Source of the DNA: Isurus oxyrinchus
Lineage: Eukaryota
Length of the DNA: 64,000 nt
Reading direction: 5' to 3'
Assembly: GCA_026770705.1 (NCBI GenBank)
Contig: JANJGN010000140.1
Location: 186,001 to 250,000 of the forward strand
Made by a program: the position numbers and the translations under genes. Position 1 is the first letter of the stretch. The number at the start of each line of letters is the position of its first letter. This document shows, piece after piece, positions 36,391-49,275 of this stretch. The notes under the pieces were generated by a model. It saw nothing but the letters and a program-made list of their open reading frames with translations. It was not told where the DNA came from and ran no database searches.

Positions 36391-37851
36391 CAGTGACTCT
36401 ATTATTCCAGGGCTCTGTCATATCATTAAATATTCTCTGCAACCCTTCAGAATTTGCACTCATGGTAATCCTGGCCAGTTTACAATGAAATTGTAGAAGG
36501 TTGTTTATGTTTGATGCGATAAAAAGTTCGAATTATTGTCAGATAATATTCGTGCAAGATAATATCCATTCGTTCATGTATCCTGTATTATAAAGGTATT
36601 AGTTAATATCAATTTCAATCCTGCTCCTGCCTGGTAATTCGCGAGATTTTACCGTTCAAGTTAGGTTAACAGGATACTTTATCAATATTAAAAATTTAGT
36701 GTCCACTCAATATATGAATACATTTGGTTAATGTTATTTTACTTGAAGCAAATTCAACTTCATTGATTTAAAATGAGCAGTCTTACTATCTGCTTGCACC
36801 CTTATAAACATTACATGTTTTTGAACAAAATGATATAGCATAAACTCCGTCTATTCTCAGGGCGTATTTCACATATTAGGAAAAAACGAATTTAAATCGT
36901 TCTCTAAATCACCTCCGAAATTTGTAAATGTTTGCTGTATTTTAATAAGATGAACAAATGTGAAATTTGCAACTGTTTGTGTCTGATAACTTTTGTGTTT
37001 TAGAGGCTATCACACTACACTCCATCACTCTGTTCAATTTAGGGCTTCCAATATAAACTTAATCAATATTAACAAATTGAGTGAGAAACAGTGTTAATGT
37101 TTCGAGTCAGAACTCTGAAGAAGAGCCATACGATCTCGAAACGTTAACTTTGTTTCATTCTCCATAGATGCTGCCAAACGTGCTGAGTTGTTCCTGCATT
37201 TTCTGTTTTTAGTTCAGATTTCCAGCATCCACAGTATTTTGCTTTTTTATGAATATATCGTGTATCGTTCCAAAAGTTACGCACAACTGGCAAATGCTTT
37301 TCTTTCTTCAATAAAATCACATTGAAATGATCTGTGATTCTAATATTCTTTTCTCACTAGATGCTCGCGGTAAATTATCCACATTGTAAAACATAATAAC
37401 ATGACATAAAACAGATCTGCTCTCGGAGTGTATTTCAAATGACGGACTTAGCAATGGTCTATTTGAAATAGTTCTGTGTTTCACAGCGAAGATTCGCGAA
37501 TGTTCAACTCTGTCACAATACTACGGTATCACATCATCTCAAAGAATATCAATATATCATGAAAAGGGCCAGAGACATAGACTGTCACAGAACTCATTTG
37601 TTTACTGTTGTCAGATTCTGTCCGTATAACATCAACAGTTTAGTGAGAGGTTCAACCCCAGACCGGCACCTACTCTGGAACAGTCGCTTTATTCTAACAG
37701 CACCTTGAGCACAATCACAAGTAACATTGCATTCAAACTTAAAGAGCCCACTAATCATAATGGATGGCCAAAGTAATTAATTTAAAAAAAACATAATTTA
37801 AGATAAAGACAGGAATATAACCTAATTATTAAGATAGTGCATGTTTCTTAC

Positions 37852-37905
37852 CTGCCGTCACTGTAACTTTGGTACCTTGTCCCCAGTAGTCAAGGCTATC
37901 AGTAC
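37852..37905 (-). CDS. IgH-type J segment (TDSLDYWGQGTKVTVTA)
   Basis: WGQG motif, phase-1 GTAAG donor, and a 23-spacer RSS at 37906-37944. Confidence 0.92.
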
Positions 37906-38274
37906 CACTGTGTTACATTCCCTGCAATGGGCCACACAATAAATGGGTCCTGCATAAAATTGAGGAAAGAGGCCATTCTTTTAGAAAGTAACATCGCACA
38001 ACTAACAATAGATTTCTAAAGCATTACAAAGGTACAATTTCATTAATTTTCATGTTTATACATCAGTCTTTCCTCATTTGATTGCCCAAATTGAATGCTT
38101 CTTCCAATAACCAACTGATTCCTGAATAATTATCTAGCAGTTCTCTCTCTCTCTCTCTCTTAAACCCGGCGAGAGTTTCAGTTCTGGATTACAATATCAA
38201 CACTGCTTCACCACATGTATAGCGAACTCATACTCGCAGTCAGTGATCCAGACTGAGCCTATAAGTTCTGTCGG

Positions 38275-38349
38275 GTTTTTTGTATTGACAGTTAGTAATG
38301 TGATACCCCACCCCATAGTATCACAGTGACACACGCCCGCACAAATACT
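38275..38349 (-). other. D segment (coding 38303-38321, ATACTATGGGGTGGGGTAT on -) with 12/12 RSS
   Basis: On the plus strand: GTTTTTTGT-12-TAATGTG ... CACAGTG-12-ACAAATACT. Confidence 0.85.
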
Positions 38350-38681
38350 GCATTCCCTTTCTGATCAAATCCTGACTTTCAGACTCCATTTCACGAGCGT
38401 TTGCTTTACTGTCAACGATGAGAAGTGTTCAGGATAGATTCATTCCAACTGATAGGAATGTATCGCCAGTCCTTCTAAAATCCTTCAATAGCATATTGTT
38501 GAAACGTTAGCCCCTGGGTCTCCAAACATTTTTGCTAAACATAATACACATGAGAAAGCAAACAATTGTTTTGCTGAAATTCATTTGGTAAGGGGTAACT
38601 CGAGGTTCAGAGTCAGACTGTATTACGAACATTGTTTCTGAACGAGGTGTTCTGCCTGGAGCGTTAGATTCCCCCTCGTTC

Positions 38682-38720
38682 TGTTTTTTCCTGGGTCCAG
38701 CCTTGGTTTCTCTCACCGTG
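38682..38720 (-). other. 23-RSS of VH
   Basis: CACGGTG + 23 nt + GAAAAAACA. Confidence 0.75.
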
Positions 38721-39020
38721 ACTGCCTCGCACAGTAATAGATGGCCGTGTCCTCGGTTTTCAAATTATTCAACTCAACATAGGTTGTGGAAGATTCAGTT
38801 GAAAAAGTGATTCGACTTTGAACTCCAGGCGCGTAAGAGGTGTTGTACCCTTTCCTATAAGCGAGTATGGATTCCAACCCTCCCCCGGCGACCTCTCTAA
38901 TCCAGTGCATATGATGTTGGTTGATATTGTACCCACTCACCGCACAAGACAGTTGGAGAGAGTCACCAATGTTTTTGGAGATGGAATCCGGTTGGGTTAG
39001 CACAATGCTGGCCCGGATAC
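38721..39020 (-). CDS. Immunoglobulin heavy-chain-type V segment, open frame
   Basis: IVLTQPDSISKNIGDSLQLSCAVSGYNINQHHMHWIREVAGGGLESILAY...YAPGVQSRITFS...LKTEDTAIYYCAR. The VH motifs LSCAVSG, MHW and YYCAR are present. Confidence 0.9.
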
Positions 39021-39140
39021 CTACGAGCAAATTATAAAGGAGCAAATCTCGGTGAAAAGAGACATTTTAAAATGCAACAAAGTAAACCAGAATATTTAAA
39101 ATATTAATGACTCTACGATCAATAAATGATCAGCACTCAC

Positions 39141-39189
39141 AAGTAAAGCTAACTAGAAACAAACAGAGGTACAGGAAGAGCACCATCAT
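39141..39189 (-). CDS. Leader exon of VH (MMVLFLYLCLFLVSFT)
   Basis: Hydrophobic signal peptide, GTGAGT donor, phase 1, in frame with the V exon acceptor. Confidence 0.88.
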
Positions 39190-40619
39190 TTGCTTTTTCG
39201 GTAGAAGTTTCTCCAGCCTTGTAAAGACTCCCCGACACCGCTTCCTGATTGTTAATTTCAAACTGAACCGTTCACTTTTTAAACTGGCTGGAACCCAGTG
39301 TCAGGCTGGGGTTCACCATCTTCCCCTTCAGAAACCTAACTCCTCCTCTATTTCCTGTTTATACACCGCTGTTTCCTAAATGGTAAAAAATTAACCATGA
39401 ATAATCCAAGTTACCCAAACTTATATTCTACTTGCCCCGCGACAACGGTGAGTCACTTGGTGGCGCTGTTGCCTCTAAATCAGGCGATTCTGGCTTCAAG
39501 TCCCAGTGAATCAGGCTAATTCTGCAGTGCAGAACTGAGGGATTACTGCAGTTCCGGAGATGCACCTTTCAGATGGGATGCAGATAAAATAGTTGATTAG
39601 ATCAGAACATCAGAAGCTGTGTCGGCTGTAATGCAGATAGATGCCTGACTAGGATTTTCTACCTTAATTTCTGACTTTGTTCTTTGATTTGTTTAAACTT
39701 TTGTGGCTGTCGGCCAGTTTCCTTAACATCCTGTCATAAGGGCAAAGTAAGAGATAAATTTCCCATAATCACATTATTGTCATAACACTGCAAACTTTCT
39801 GGAGGGCAGAAGAATGTGACAGAGAAGGCTGACAACCTGAAGCTTTTCCAGCATAAAGATAAAACTTTCATGGAAAACAACAATCCAGAATAACTTGACA
39901 GATTTTCTGCTTCCTTGAGAGAACCTGCGCTCCCAATTATCTTCAAGGTGGCAGAGAAAATCCCTGTTATGTTAGGCTCCACCGATGTGCGCACACAAAC
40001 CTTTTCTTTGCTGAAATGCAGCAAAACACTCTACAGATCCAACTAAATCACCAGCATCGCAATTACTTATTGTGTATTTCCAGAACAAGTCCGAAACCAT
40101 ACGTTGATGTCTTAGTAATGAGGGTGACAAACTATGCTGTTTACATGAAGTCAAGAGAGTTTGAGAAGCGGCTGTTTGGTTAAATTATTGCAATGCATCG
40201 TAATAGACTCATAGAGTCAGAAGAGCACAGAAGAAGATTGTTAGGTCCTTTGCGCTTTTGCTGGCCCCCGGAGGATAAATTCATCCAATCCTATTCATAG
40301 TCTTTTCCCTGTAAACTGTGTCTTTTTTTAAAATCTTTTACAGATAACGACCCAGTTCCCTTTTGAAAGTCCCGATCAACCTGCATTCCAGATCCTAATC
40401 ATTCGCTGCATGGAAAAGTTTTTCCTAATGTCGCCGTTGCTTTTTCTGCCAAATATCTTAGAGCTGTCTCCTTTGGTTATCGATCCTTCCACAAATGGGA
40501 GGAGTTTCTCCCAATATACCCTTTCCAGACTCTTGTGATTTTGAATAATTCTATAAATTCTGTGATGGTTTAACAATTCTAATCGCAAATGTATAATGTT
40601 TATTTGTACCAAAATCAAT

Positions 40620-41700
40620 ATTTGTTTTAATTGTTCAGCAGCATTTCCGGTCCACAAACGATTTCCATACCCAGATGTGGCCCCCGGGCAAGGAAGTTTG
40701 CTCATCCCTGGGTGTACAGTGCGAGATCTACCCCGCACTTCAAGGAAATCTTCAGGGTGCCCTTGAGATGCTTTATTTGCCCTCCTCTGGGGTGTTGGCC
40801 ATTGGAAAGTTGAGAGAAAGGAACCTGGTGGTGGAGACGCTTTTAGCCCATCCTGACACAGTGTCCAGACCACTGTAACTGATTTTGCACAAGTCTTTCA
40901 TGAATGCTTATGGAGCTGACTCCAAGAAGGACACAACTGTTTGGTCAATGGTCCTACCATGAAACCAAATGGCGTGGCGAGTCATTGCTGATGGAAATCC
41001 TCTTGAGCTGTTAGGCTTCATTGATAACCGGCCCAGTTCTCACTGCGGTACGGGAGCCTGTTGATGGCAACTGCTCTGTACATTCGGACCACTGTTGTCT
41101 TGCGGAGGTCTTTTTTGTGAACACTCACTGTCGTAGTTTTCAGAAGGCGAAGCTGGTGTTGAATCTCCTCGTCAGTGGTGGCCTTTTGAGAGAGCTGGCT
41201 GCCACTTATTCCACATTCTCTCCTTCAACATTTATGGCAGGTAGAATACTTGACTGGCCAGATTTGAGTTGAAATTTGAGTTTTGTTTTGGAAAATTTCA
41301 AGTGCAGGCTGAATCTCCTGTTTGCAGAATTGAAGAAATCAAGAATGGTTTGTAAGCGCACCGCACAGTGCGCAATGACACCGCAGTTCTCTTCAAACTG
41401 TTGATAATGTGATGGTCAGTTTAATTTTGGTGCGGAGGTGACTGAGTTACAGTTTTCCACAGAAGCGGTGCTTAACACTGCCACCAGAGGGCCGTTGATC
41501 TTTGTTTAGGTGAATAGACACTGTCAGGCAGATTGTAAACAGCAAGGGCGCTATCACACAGCTTTGCTTGAGCCGAGTCCGGATTTCCAATGTGTCTTTT
41601 TTAACTCTGCCACTCAAGATTATTGCAGTGATATGATCATGAAATAATTGCATGGTTTTGCTGAAAATTCTTGTATATCAAGTCTTTGCAGCAAAATTCA
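40620..41700 (-). mobile_element. RTE-like LINE remnant
   Basis: LKQSCVIAPLLFTICL resembles the GVKQGCVIAPTLF RT motif of RTE elements. Confidence 0.55.
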
Positions 41701-43349
41701 CCAAGCCTCGCGATACACATAGACATGATATATACACATTTTCATACTCATACATAGACAAACACACAAAAATACACAAATACATCGACCTATAAATAGA
41801 TATGCAAACAATTGCTATTATCCGGTGGAGATTATCGATGCACATTTAGCTGTAAATTATTTTGGTGCGAATGAGAAAGAGACTCGATGCAAACAACTCT
41901 AGAATTAGATTCATTCTGTCACCCGACAATGCATTGGGAGACTTTCTCGGCCAGTTAAAAAAATTCGTGAGGACCATTTAGGAGGGAGAATCTGCTCGTC
42001 CCTGAGTCACATGTTGTACTTTTGTTCTTTCTCACTTCTCATACTGAATACAGCCAGCTCAGTGCCATCAGCCCCCCAGTGTGAACTACCCGTCTTTAAA
42101 TGATGAATGCAAGTGTCTGGAAGAAACAGATCGCAGGACGCTTGGGCAGTAATTCGAAGCCATTGTGTCTACAGCTACAAGAGAATCTGAATTGTCTAAA
42201 CTGCTGCAATCTGGGGATCTGGGACAGTGAAGGGAAATTGTTAATGTTGCTTCAGCATCAGTGCTCGCTTCTCCCGTTGAATAACCTGCTCACTTCTCAT
42301 TAGAACTATTCACAGCCCATTTTCAGGAGATACAGACATACAATGGCCCCGAAGGGATTTGAACACAACAATGCGATACCTCATCCATCTGACTGAAATA
42401 AGGATTGACGAACAGGTTTGAACAGAATGGGATATTTTGTAAAAATATTAATGTGATTGTACTAGGAGGACATTTATAAGGGTCTTTCCTAGACTGAAGG
42501 GTATTAGTTATGAGGAAATATTGGACAGTCTTGCCTTCTTTTCATCGGAAAAGAGGAGGCTAAGGGGAGACTCAAAGGAAGCGTATCAAATAATGAGTAC
42601 TTTGAAAAAATTGGATACCATGATCTAAGCTCTTTGGCTGTGTGGTCAGCAACTAAGGGGGAATAGATTTTGGTTAATAAGCGGGAGTTATAAAAGGGAA
42701 AACGAGGAGATTTTTTCTCACCTAGAGGGCAGTGGGCTTCTGTAACTCACAGCTGGAAAGGATATCAGTGGCAGAAGATTTCATAATATTTAACAAAAAG
42801 GATATGCACCTTCAAGTGTCTTAACCTATAAGGCGACTGATCAAACCTTGAGAAGTAAGTTTAGGCTGGATTGCTAATTACCGGCTGCCGCGTAAACAAA
42901 CAGCCAATGGCCTCCGGCCCTGCTGTACATTTCTGGAAGTAGATACTGGGTGAACGTCTCATGGAATATATTTCCAATATCTCGCGGACAATACTTCAAT
43001 ATTTGACAATATCACTATAAAGTAAACACGAATTCCATTTGTAAATGACGCTTTTACTTCCGAATCCGTTTCTTTAATCAGTTTTATTCAAAAAAGTAAC
43101 CGAATGACGTTCTCCGTGCACACTGAAACCAGCAAGGTGAACACCGTCATCTCATGGAAGCATCATGTAACTCCAAGGTACAATTGTTCCATGCTGCATT
43201 TTTACAGTTCATATGATCATTAAGAATAAGGGTTGCATTTCTGCCCGTCTTTGTTCATTTATCTGGCAAGATCCAAGTCCTACCCACAATAGCAATTTGC
43301 AATAATTCCATAAAGTAACCCAATCGATTTCCCTCAGCTACATTGATCA

Positions 43350-43579
43350 ATGTGTGTTTGCGAGTGTCTGCATTTGTGTGTGTGTCTCAGTGTGTGTGTA
43401 TGAGTGTATGTGCGTCTGTTTGTGTGTCTGTTTGTGTTTGGGTGCGTCTGTGTGTTCGTGTGTCTGTGTGCGTTTGTATGTGTCAGCGTTTGTGTGTATG
43501 CGCGTTTGTGTGCATGTGCCTTTGTGTGTGTCTCTGTGTGTGTTTGTGTGTCTGTATGCATGTGTCTGTCTGTGACCGT

Positions 43580-43610
<31 letters not shown>

Positions 43611-43615
43611 GGGGT
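43350..43615. repeat. (TG)n compound microsatellite with poly-G
   Basis: Direct inspection. Confidence 0.95.
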
Positions 43616-43877
43616 GGTGCCTGTGTGCGTCTGCGTGAGTCGAACTCTGATTTACGCCGCTGATTCAAACAACCCCCAGTGTCCATCCCTGTCATCATTC
43701 AGCTTCAAAGGAAGATATGATTATGAAGAAAGTGAACATTAGAGGACTAAAGCTTTCATTTCTCTTAGGCAGAGCGTGGAAGAACTTGATTGTGTGTTCA
43801 CTTTGTGACTGCGCATTCCATTCTTTTCTTCAATGTTTTAAACAAAAATAAAGCATAATTAAAACAAGCAACATTAC

Positions 43878-43935
43878 CATCCAACGTGGGGATCGAGATT
43901 TAAAGTTCTATTACACATCAATCGAGTGAGCCGAC
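43878..43935 (-). pseudogene. Possible degenerate tRNA-Lys-like relic
   Basis: The minus strand ends TCGATCCCCACGTTGGATG, like the vertebrate tRNA-Lys 3' arm TTCGAGCCCCACGTTGGGCG. The rest is poorly conserved. Confidence 0.3.
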
Positions 43936-44926
43936 TTTGTCGGAGCTCCCACTACAATTTTTTTTTCAGCTCAGATGGCAGCGCCACAAGTAACCCTTCC
44001 GTAGGGAAGCAGAAGTTCAAGAACTAAGACTTAATTCATATTCTAAAATAACAGACTCTGCGCAAATTGACTTTAATCCTAAATCCACTAAAACTCACTG
44101 TCACGCCCCCTGTTAACAATTTTAATACTCATATAATTTTCCGCGTCTTTAACAGTGACATTTGGAGAGCTTTTCAACTTCATTGATGCAACTGCCACCT
44201 ACTGGAAATAAGCCAGGAATAAATGTGCATCTGTGCCAGCGGCGGGAATGCTGGCCGAGTGGACTCACAGCGGCCAGGCCAGTTCCCTCTAATCACTGAT
44301 GGTGTGATATTGTCCGAAGAGGATATGGCATGGGGCTGACACAGCTCCATTCCTATGTGTGTCTTAGGGTGAAATAGTTCATTTTGCTGCTGTGCTGGTT
44401 AAGGTTTTTTCCACAGTAGAGAAGTGGTCGGTCCTCACGTTGGGACTTGTGAACAGGGATGTGTTTCTCTGTTTATTTCTGTCTGGTTTTAGCGCTCACT
44501 GTGATGTTAATGCACATGTGGAATCCGAATGAAAAAATAATGATCAGGTTTGGTTAAGGGACGAATGTTTCTAAATGTTCAAGTTTTCTTCCAGCCAACA
44601 GTTCCAGCGGGTGTTCTGTGTGTAAACAGTATTTGGACAGGACAATGGGGGAAGGAGAAGGAGAAGGAAGGTGATGCTGGTTTGTCATTTTAATACAGCA
44701 GATATTGCCCATTACCTTTTCTTGTGCTGGCAGTTTCCTGGTCGGGCTCCAGTCAACCTGTTGCTTATTGTCCAATATGTCGCCTTATGAGCCAATTTCA
44801 CGAAGAAGGGACTTATAAAAAAGCTGAGAACAGAGGTCACGGTTCCGCTGGGAGTTTCTGGGTGGAGCTGCCAGAGGTCGCCGTTTATGACTGTGCTCTG
44901 AGACCCTCAGATAAACAGTTCAATTG

Positions 44927-45059
44927 GCTTGGCCTAAATAGCCAAGTGGTTATGGTACTGGGCTTGTTAGCCCGAGTTCAAATCTCACAATGGCAAACTA
45001 TGAAACAATGTAACTTCATCTGAAGCAGATGGAAACGTGTTTGTATTCGAAAGAGTTAC
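44927..45059 (+). mobile_element. Short tRNA-derived SINE
   Basis: A box TAGCCAAGTGG and B box GAGTTCAAATC; near-identical copy at 60804; imperfect TSD ACAG(T/C)TCAATT. Confidence 0.75.
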
Positions 45060-45269
45060 ACAGCTCAATTTCCGCCCCGTAGAAAAACTTTAATTGCTCT
45101 GCCATGACCTTGTTTTCTCTTCTAAATTCTCCCGGTTTGGACTGTAAAGACCTACATTTGTCCTCACTAATCCTTTCTTTCTTTCTGAATATTTAAAGAA
45201 GCTTTAAAGCTTTAACAATTACTTTAGTCCTGTCATCTCGGAGGAAGCACAACTAACTTTCAAACAAGA

Positions 45270-45480
45270 CCAGCTGACGTCACACTGACCTCCGAGTGAC
45301 GTCGTAGAGACAAAAAAGCTGACGTTCACATGTTCACAGGCTGACGTCACAAGGCAAATGCTCTGAAGCATGCGCATTCCCCTCCCCCATGCCCAATCAA
45401 TGTCCATGCTCCCTCGCAGCTTCACTTTGTGATCGCAAGTCCGAGTTCCAGAGATCAGAGGGCGCCCTCTGCTGGAGAGC
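45270..45480. promoter_or_regulatory. Candidate promoter/enhancer: CRE cluster, NRF1-like site, palindromic CTCF-like motif
   Basis: TGACGTCA x2 plus two variants, GCATGCGCA, and CAGAGGGCGCCCTCTGCTGGA. Confidence 0.45.
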
Positions 45481-47429
45481 ACAAGCCTCACCTACAACAT
45501 TGGAAATCGGAACAGATGCAGACAGATAAACATATATTTGCACGCAAGGGTACACAGACAGATAGCCACAGTAGATCACACCACAATAGTTGTCGTTTCG
45601 TTTTACATTAGTCCAGTTGCAGAAACCGTGGAAGCGCAGTTTAGCTCACATCATCACCAGAGACTCATTCGTCATTTTCCTGTTTTCGATGCCGAACACC
45701 AATTTCAGAGTCATAAGGTACTGACGGATGACAAAGCAGTTTGTCCCATCTTAGTTTGTCCTTCCAGGCATCCTAACGCCCCTACAATCCCCCTAGTTAT
45801 TACGCAGGAAATTCCCTGGATTTGGACTCTGTAAGTTAGAGTGAAGACCTGTTCAACTGTTCACTTTCTGTGCGACCAACAATCAGCTGGTAACAGTCCG
45901 AAAACATAGTTTTCGTTTTTCCTCTCAACTCAAACAGTTCCATCTGAAGAATCAGGAATCACCCCTGCATTCCCGCCAAGTTTCAGTGACCTCAGTCTTA
46001 CTTGGTGGCGAGAACTAAAGACGGTGCTCATGGAGTATGGTCTGACTGCAACTTTCTACGTTTCCTTCAGGGCTTCCTCTGACTTGTGCCCTTGTTGGAT
46101 CGATGAGAAGGATCCCACTGGTGTTGTTCAGTTCTCGACTGAATTCTCTGCCCACATAGAACATGATTTCAGTTGGACCCACCAAACATGATGGGCAACA
46201 TTGTTAAAGTGTCAACACGGGAGGAACAGATGTTGCAAGATTCACTTACAGATGGACAATAAGGACCAGAATTACCATTGACAGCCAAATTCCGAGAATG
46301 TATATTTTTGGTTGTCAATTAAACATCACTTTTTTATCATTTACGCTCACTGCAATTCAAATAAACAAAATGCAATATCTACAATATTTATCACCATGTT
46401 CAGCTCATTGCTCCACGAAGCAAATAGCCACTCCACAAGTGAAATAAATTGAAAAATAGAACATTTCAGGAAGTGAAACTCAGTTTGACAGATTCAAAAA
46501 ATCAAATATACCCGAATGCATCAGTAGGTGGCGTGTCTGCCCCGTTGGGTATATAGGCAGAGGACAAAAAGGACAATTAGTAAGCGTCAGAAGAAAAAAT
46601 GTCTCTTCGGGAAGGAAATCTGCCGTCCTTTACCGGTCTGGCCTACATGTGACTGCAGACACACAGCAACGTGATCGAACCTTAAATGCCGTTTGAAAAG
46701 GGGCAATTAAGGATAAGCAATAAATACTAGCCTAGTCAGCGACGCCCACATCCTATGAATGAATAAAAATACGAATTAATGGTCTAAAGTGCCACCAAAC
46801 TTTTCCGTGCCTGTTTGCCTCATGCAAAACAAAATGCACCATAGACGAAATGTAGAAGTAACAAAGAAGCAAGTATTAACTTAAACGAGAAAGGGGGAGA
46901 GCAAATTCAGGATTCAGATGCTGAAGGTGAGGAACAAGCTGCTGATTGCCTTAAATAAACTTAAAAAATCTAAACAGTCATGTGGATTGTACAGCACTTA
47001 GAGACAAGGATAAAGCTGCACATGTCATTGTTGAGAACACAGCTCAAACACGTGGACCAGCTTTCTGGTCTGGGACATCATCCGCTTTCCCCCGAGGACT
47101 GGTCTGTCGAGTCTCTTTCTGTCTCTTGACCAGGAGATGTTAGACAGTGTGCATCACGATTATTTATTCGGGACTATACGAGCATTCGTGTTCGGGATCC
47201 ATTTCTTCGCTCGGATCCGACTTCTGTGCGCTGCCGCAGAGTGCTTAGTTAAGATTAACGGGTCCCTGAAGGCACCAATTCGCTTTGGGAGAGCAGTGCG
47301 TCATTGTCTAGCCAATTGTATTCTGTCCGCTGGAGCCTTTCTTGCGCCTCTTGTGGAGGAGGTTGTCGGGATTAGTCCTGCATGAACAAGGCTTCGGGGC
47401 GGTCCTCTAGGCTTACACCATTGACGTGT

Positions 47430-49275
47430 CCTCATTTTTACCAACATGGCTGACCTGTGGAGGATGGGCGAGTTCCAGGAGGTCTTTTCTGCCGTGTCCT
47501 CTGCCAGGATCAACTGGGGAAACAGTTCTAGTCTCCTGGTCGGTCAGTGGCAGATAGATGTCCTACCCGAGGAGCTCAGGCCTTTAACCTGGAGCAGGGC
47601 CAGCCTCCTCGACCTGGGGTCCACCTCTGCCCTGCTAAGGAATTGTGGCTGGCGAACTGGCAGGGGCTGGAGGCCAAAGTCACTACTCGCCTGGGGCGCT
47701 GGACAGGACTGCTCCGAGTGCTGTCTTACTGGGGTCGAGTTTTGGTCATAAACCAGCTGCTTGCCATGTTGTCGTGCTGGCTGGTCACTTTGACCCCTCT
47801 CCCGGATTTTGTCACAAAACTGCAGAGAATTCTCGTCGACTTCTTCTGGAACAAATTGCTGCACTAGGTAGCTGCTGAGTTTCTGAGTCTCCCACTTAGG
47901 AAGGGCGGTCAGGCTTCCTGCAGTGACACCTTTACGTCAAGTCCCCTCCCAAACAGTGTGCCCTGGCGATGTATTTCCTCCAGTAGGTGCACGACCTGAG
48001 TTATGACGTGCAGCTCCTGTTTGTAGACCGGAGGGGCCTTCATGGCTCCTTGCAGGCATCGCCCACCTTTTACCAGGATCTGATCAATGCCTGGCACATG
48101 GTTGCCTTGCGATGCAGCTCTCCGCTGTCAGGAGTAGCGGCCATCGTCCGAGGTCCGCTGCTCAGGAAGCCGCACTTCCGCCCTTTTCAGTGGCTGATGG
48201 AGAGGAGGGCTGTGGATGCTAGGGTGACCAGGATTGGGGACGTGTTGGGTGGTGGATGAGTGGGCTAGATGATTCCCAAGTATTTGATACAGCGTGCATT
48301 TGTGGACGTCCGGCTCGTGGCCAATGCCACCCAAAAACTTTGCACGGCCATGCTCTGCCATGACGTTTTCCTGGGTCTTCAGGTGGCGCAGGTGCGCTGT
48401 TCTCCTCCGTCTCAGCGTACCCCTGTTCGGACCAAATTCCACATTGGCCCCAAGCCTCGAACTCTCCTTCTGGAGCCCATGCCCCACAAGTTGACTCTTC
48501 TTGCAAAAATGACCCCCGTGACCTTTAGCACGGCATGGTGGGGCTTCCTGCATCGGCTTTTGCTGCACACCATTTAGTTCCTTGCCCTCGCCCGCTGCCT
48601 GTTACCGGCCAGTGGCGAAGGCCCCCAGTGGGAGGCCCTCTACAGGGATATCCTTCCATTTTCCATCGAGACCTGGGGTGGATGGTGTTATATGCAGTAG
48701 TCCCACACAACTGTAGGATGTGTCAGTTCACAGACTCCCAAGATGCCTCTGCTTTTTGCGGCCTTTTGGAGTCTGTGGATCCCTATTTGAGCTGTTGTAC
48801 AATGCACCCCATTTTTAGTTACTTGAAAACCTTTTGCTTCTGCTTTATTTGTACATCAGTCCCACGATCCTGATCTATAGACTTCCAGCTGGAGAGGGGA
48901 CGGGAGGGAGGAGGATCTCCTCATGAACCTGCTCCTGCGCCTAGCCAAGTTGGCCATTCACAGTCCAGGCAGAGGCCGATCGAGGGGGTCGTCCAACCCG
49001 ACTGTTTGCCTGTTTTTCTTCACTGTATTTGTGCCGGGCGTCCCTGGAGAGGGAGCACGCGGTGCCTGCCGGCACTGCTGATGCTTTCCATACTCGGTGG
49101 GCACTGTAGTGACTGGGGTGTTTAATTGAACCTCTTAATCACATTTAGGCTTAATGTTTGCAAATTTCCTTTAAATTTTGTCTTTCTTTTTGCAGCTTCA
49201 CTTTAAGGGGCTGCTTTTTAAAAAAACTGTCCCCAATTTTGTTAATTTAGTTTATTTGCCTGTCTGAAAAGAGTT
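47430..49275 (+). mobile_element. Tx1/L1-clade LINE 3' portion, degenerate
   Basis: FSAVSSARINWGNS, RLGRWTGLLRVLSYWGRVLVINQLL..LQRILVDFFW, and a C-terminal Cys motif. Confidence 0.75.

Noticed and set aside
39735-39990. Plus-strand ..LFQHKDK..DRFSASL resembling V strand D
   Set aside because: No WYxQ, YYC or RSS; too weak to call.
43334-43742. ORFs rich in C/V or H/T, and similar ones at 34384-34881 and 50081-50560
   Set aside because: Translations of microsatellite or low-complexity DNA.
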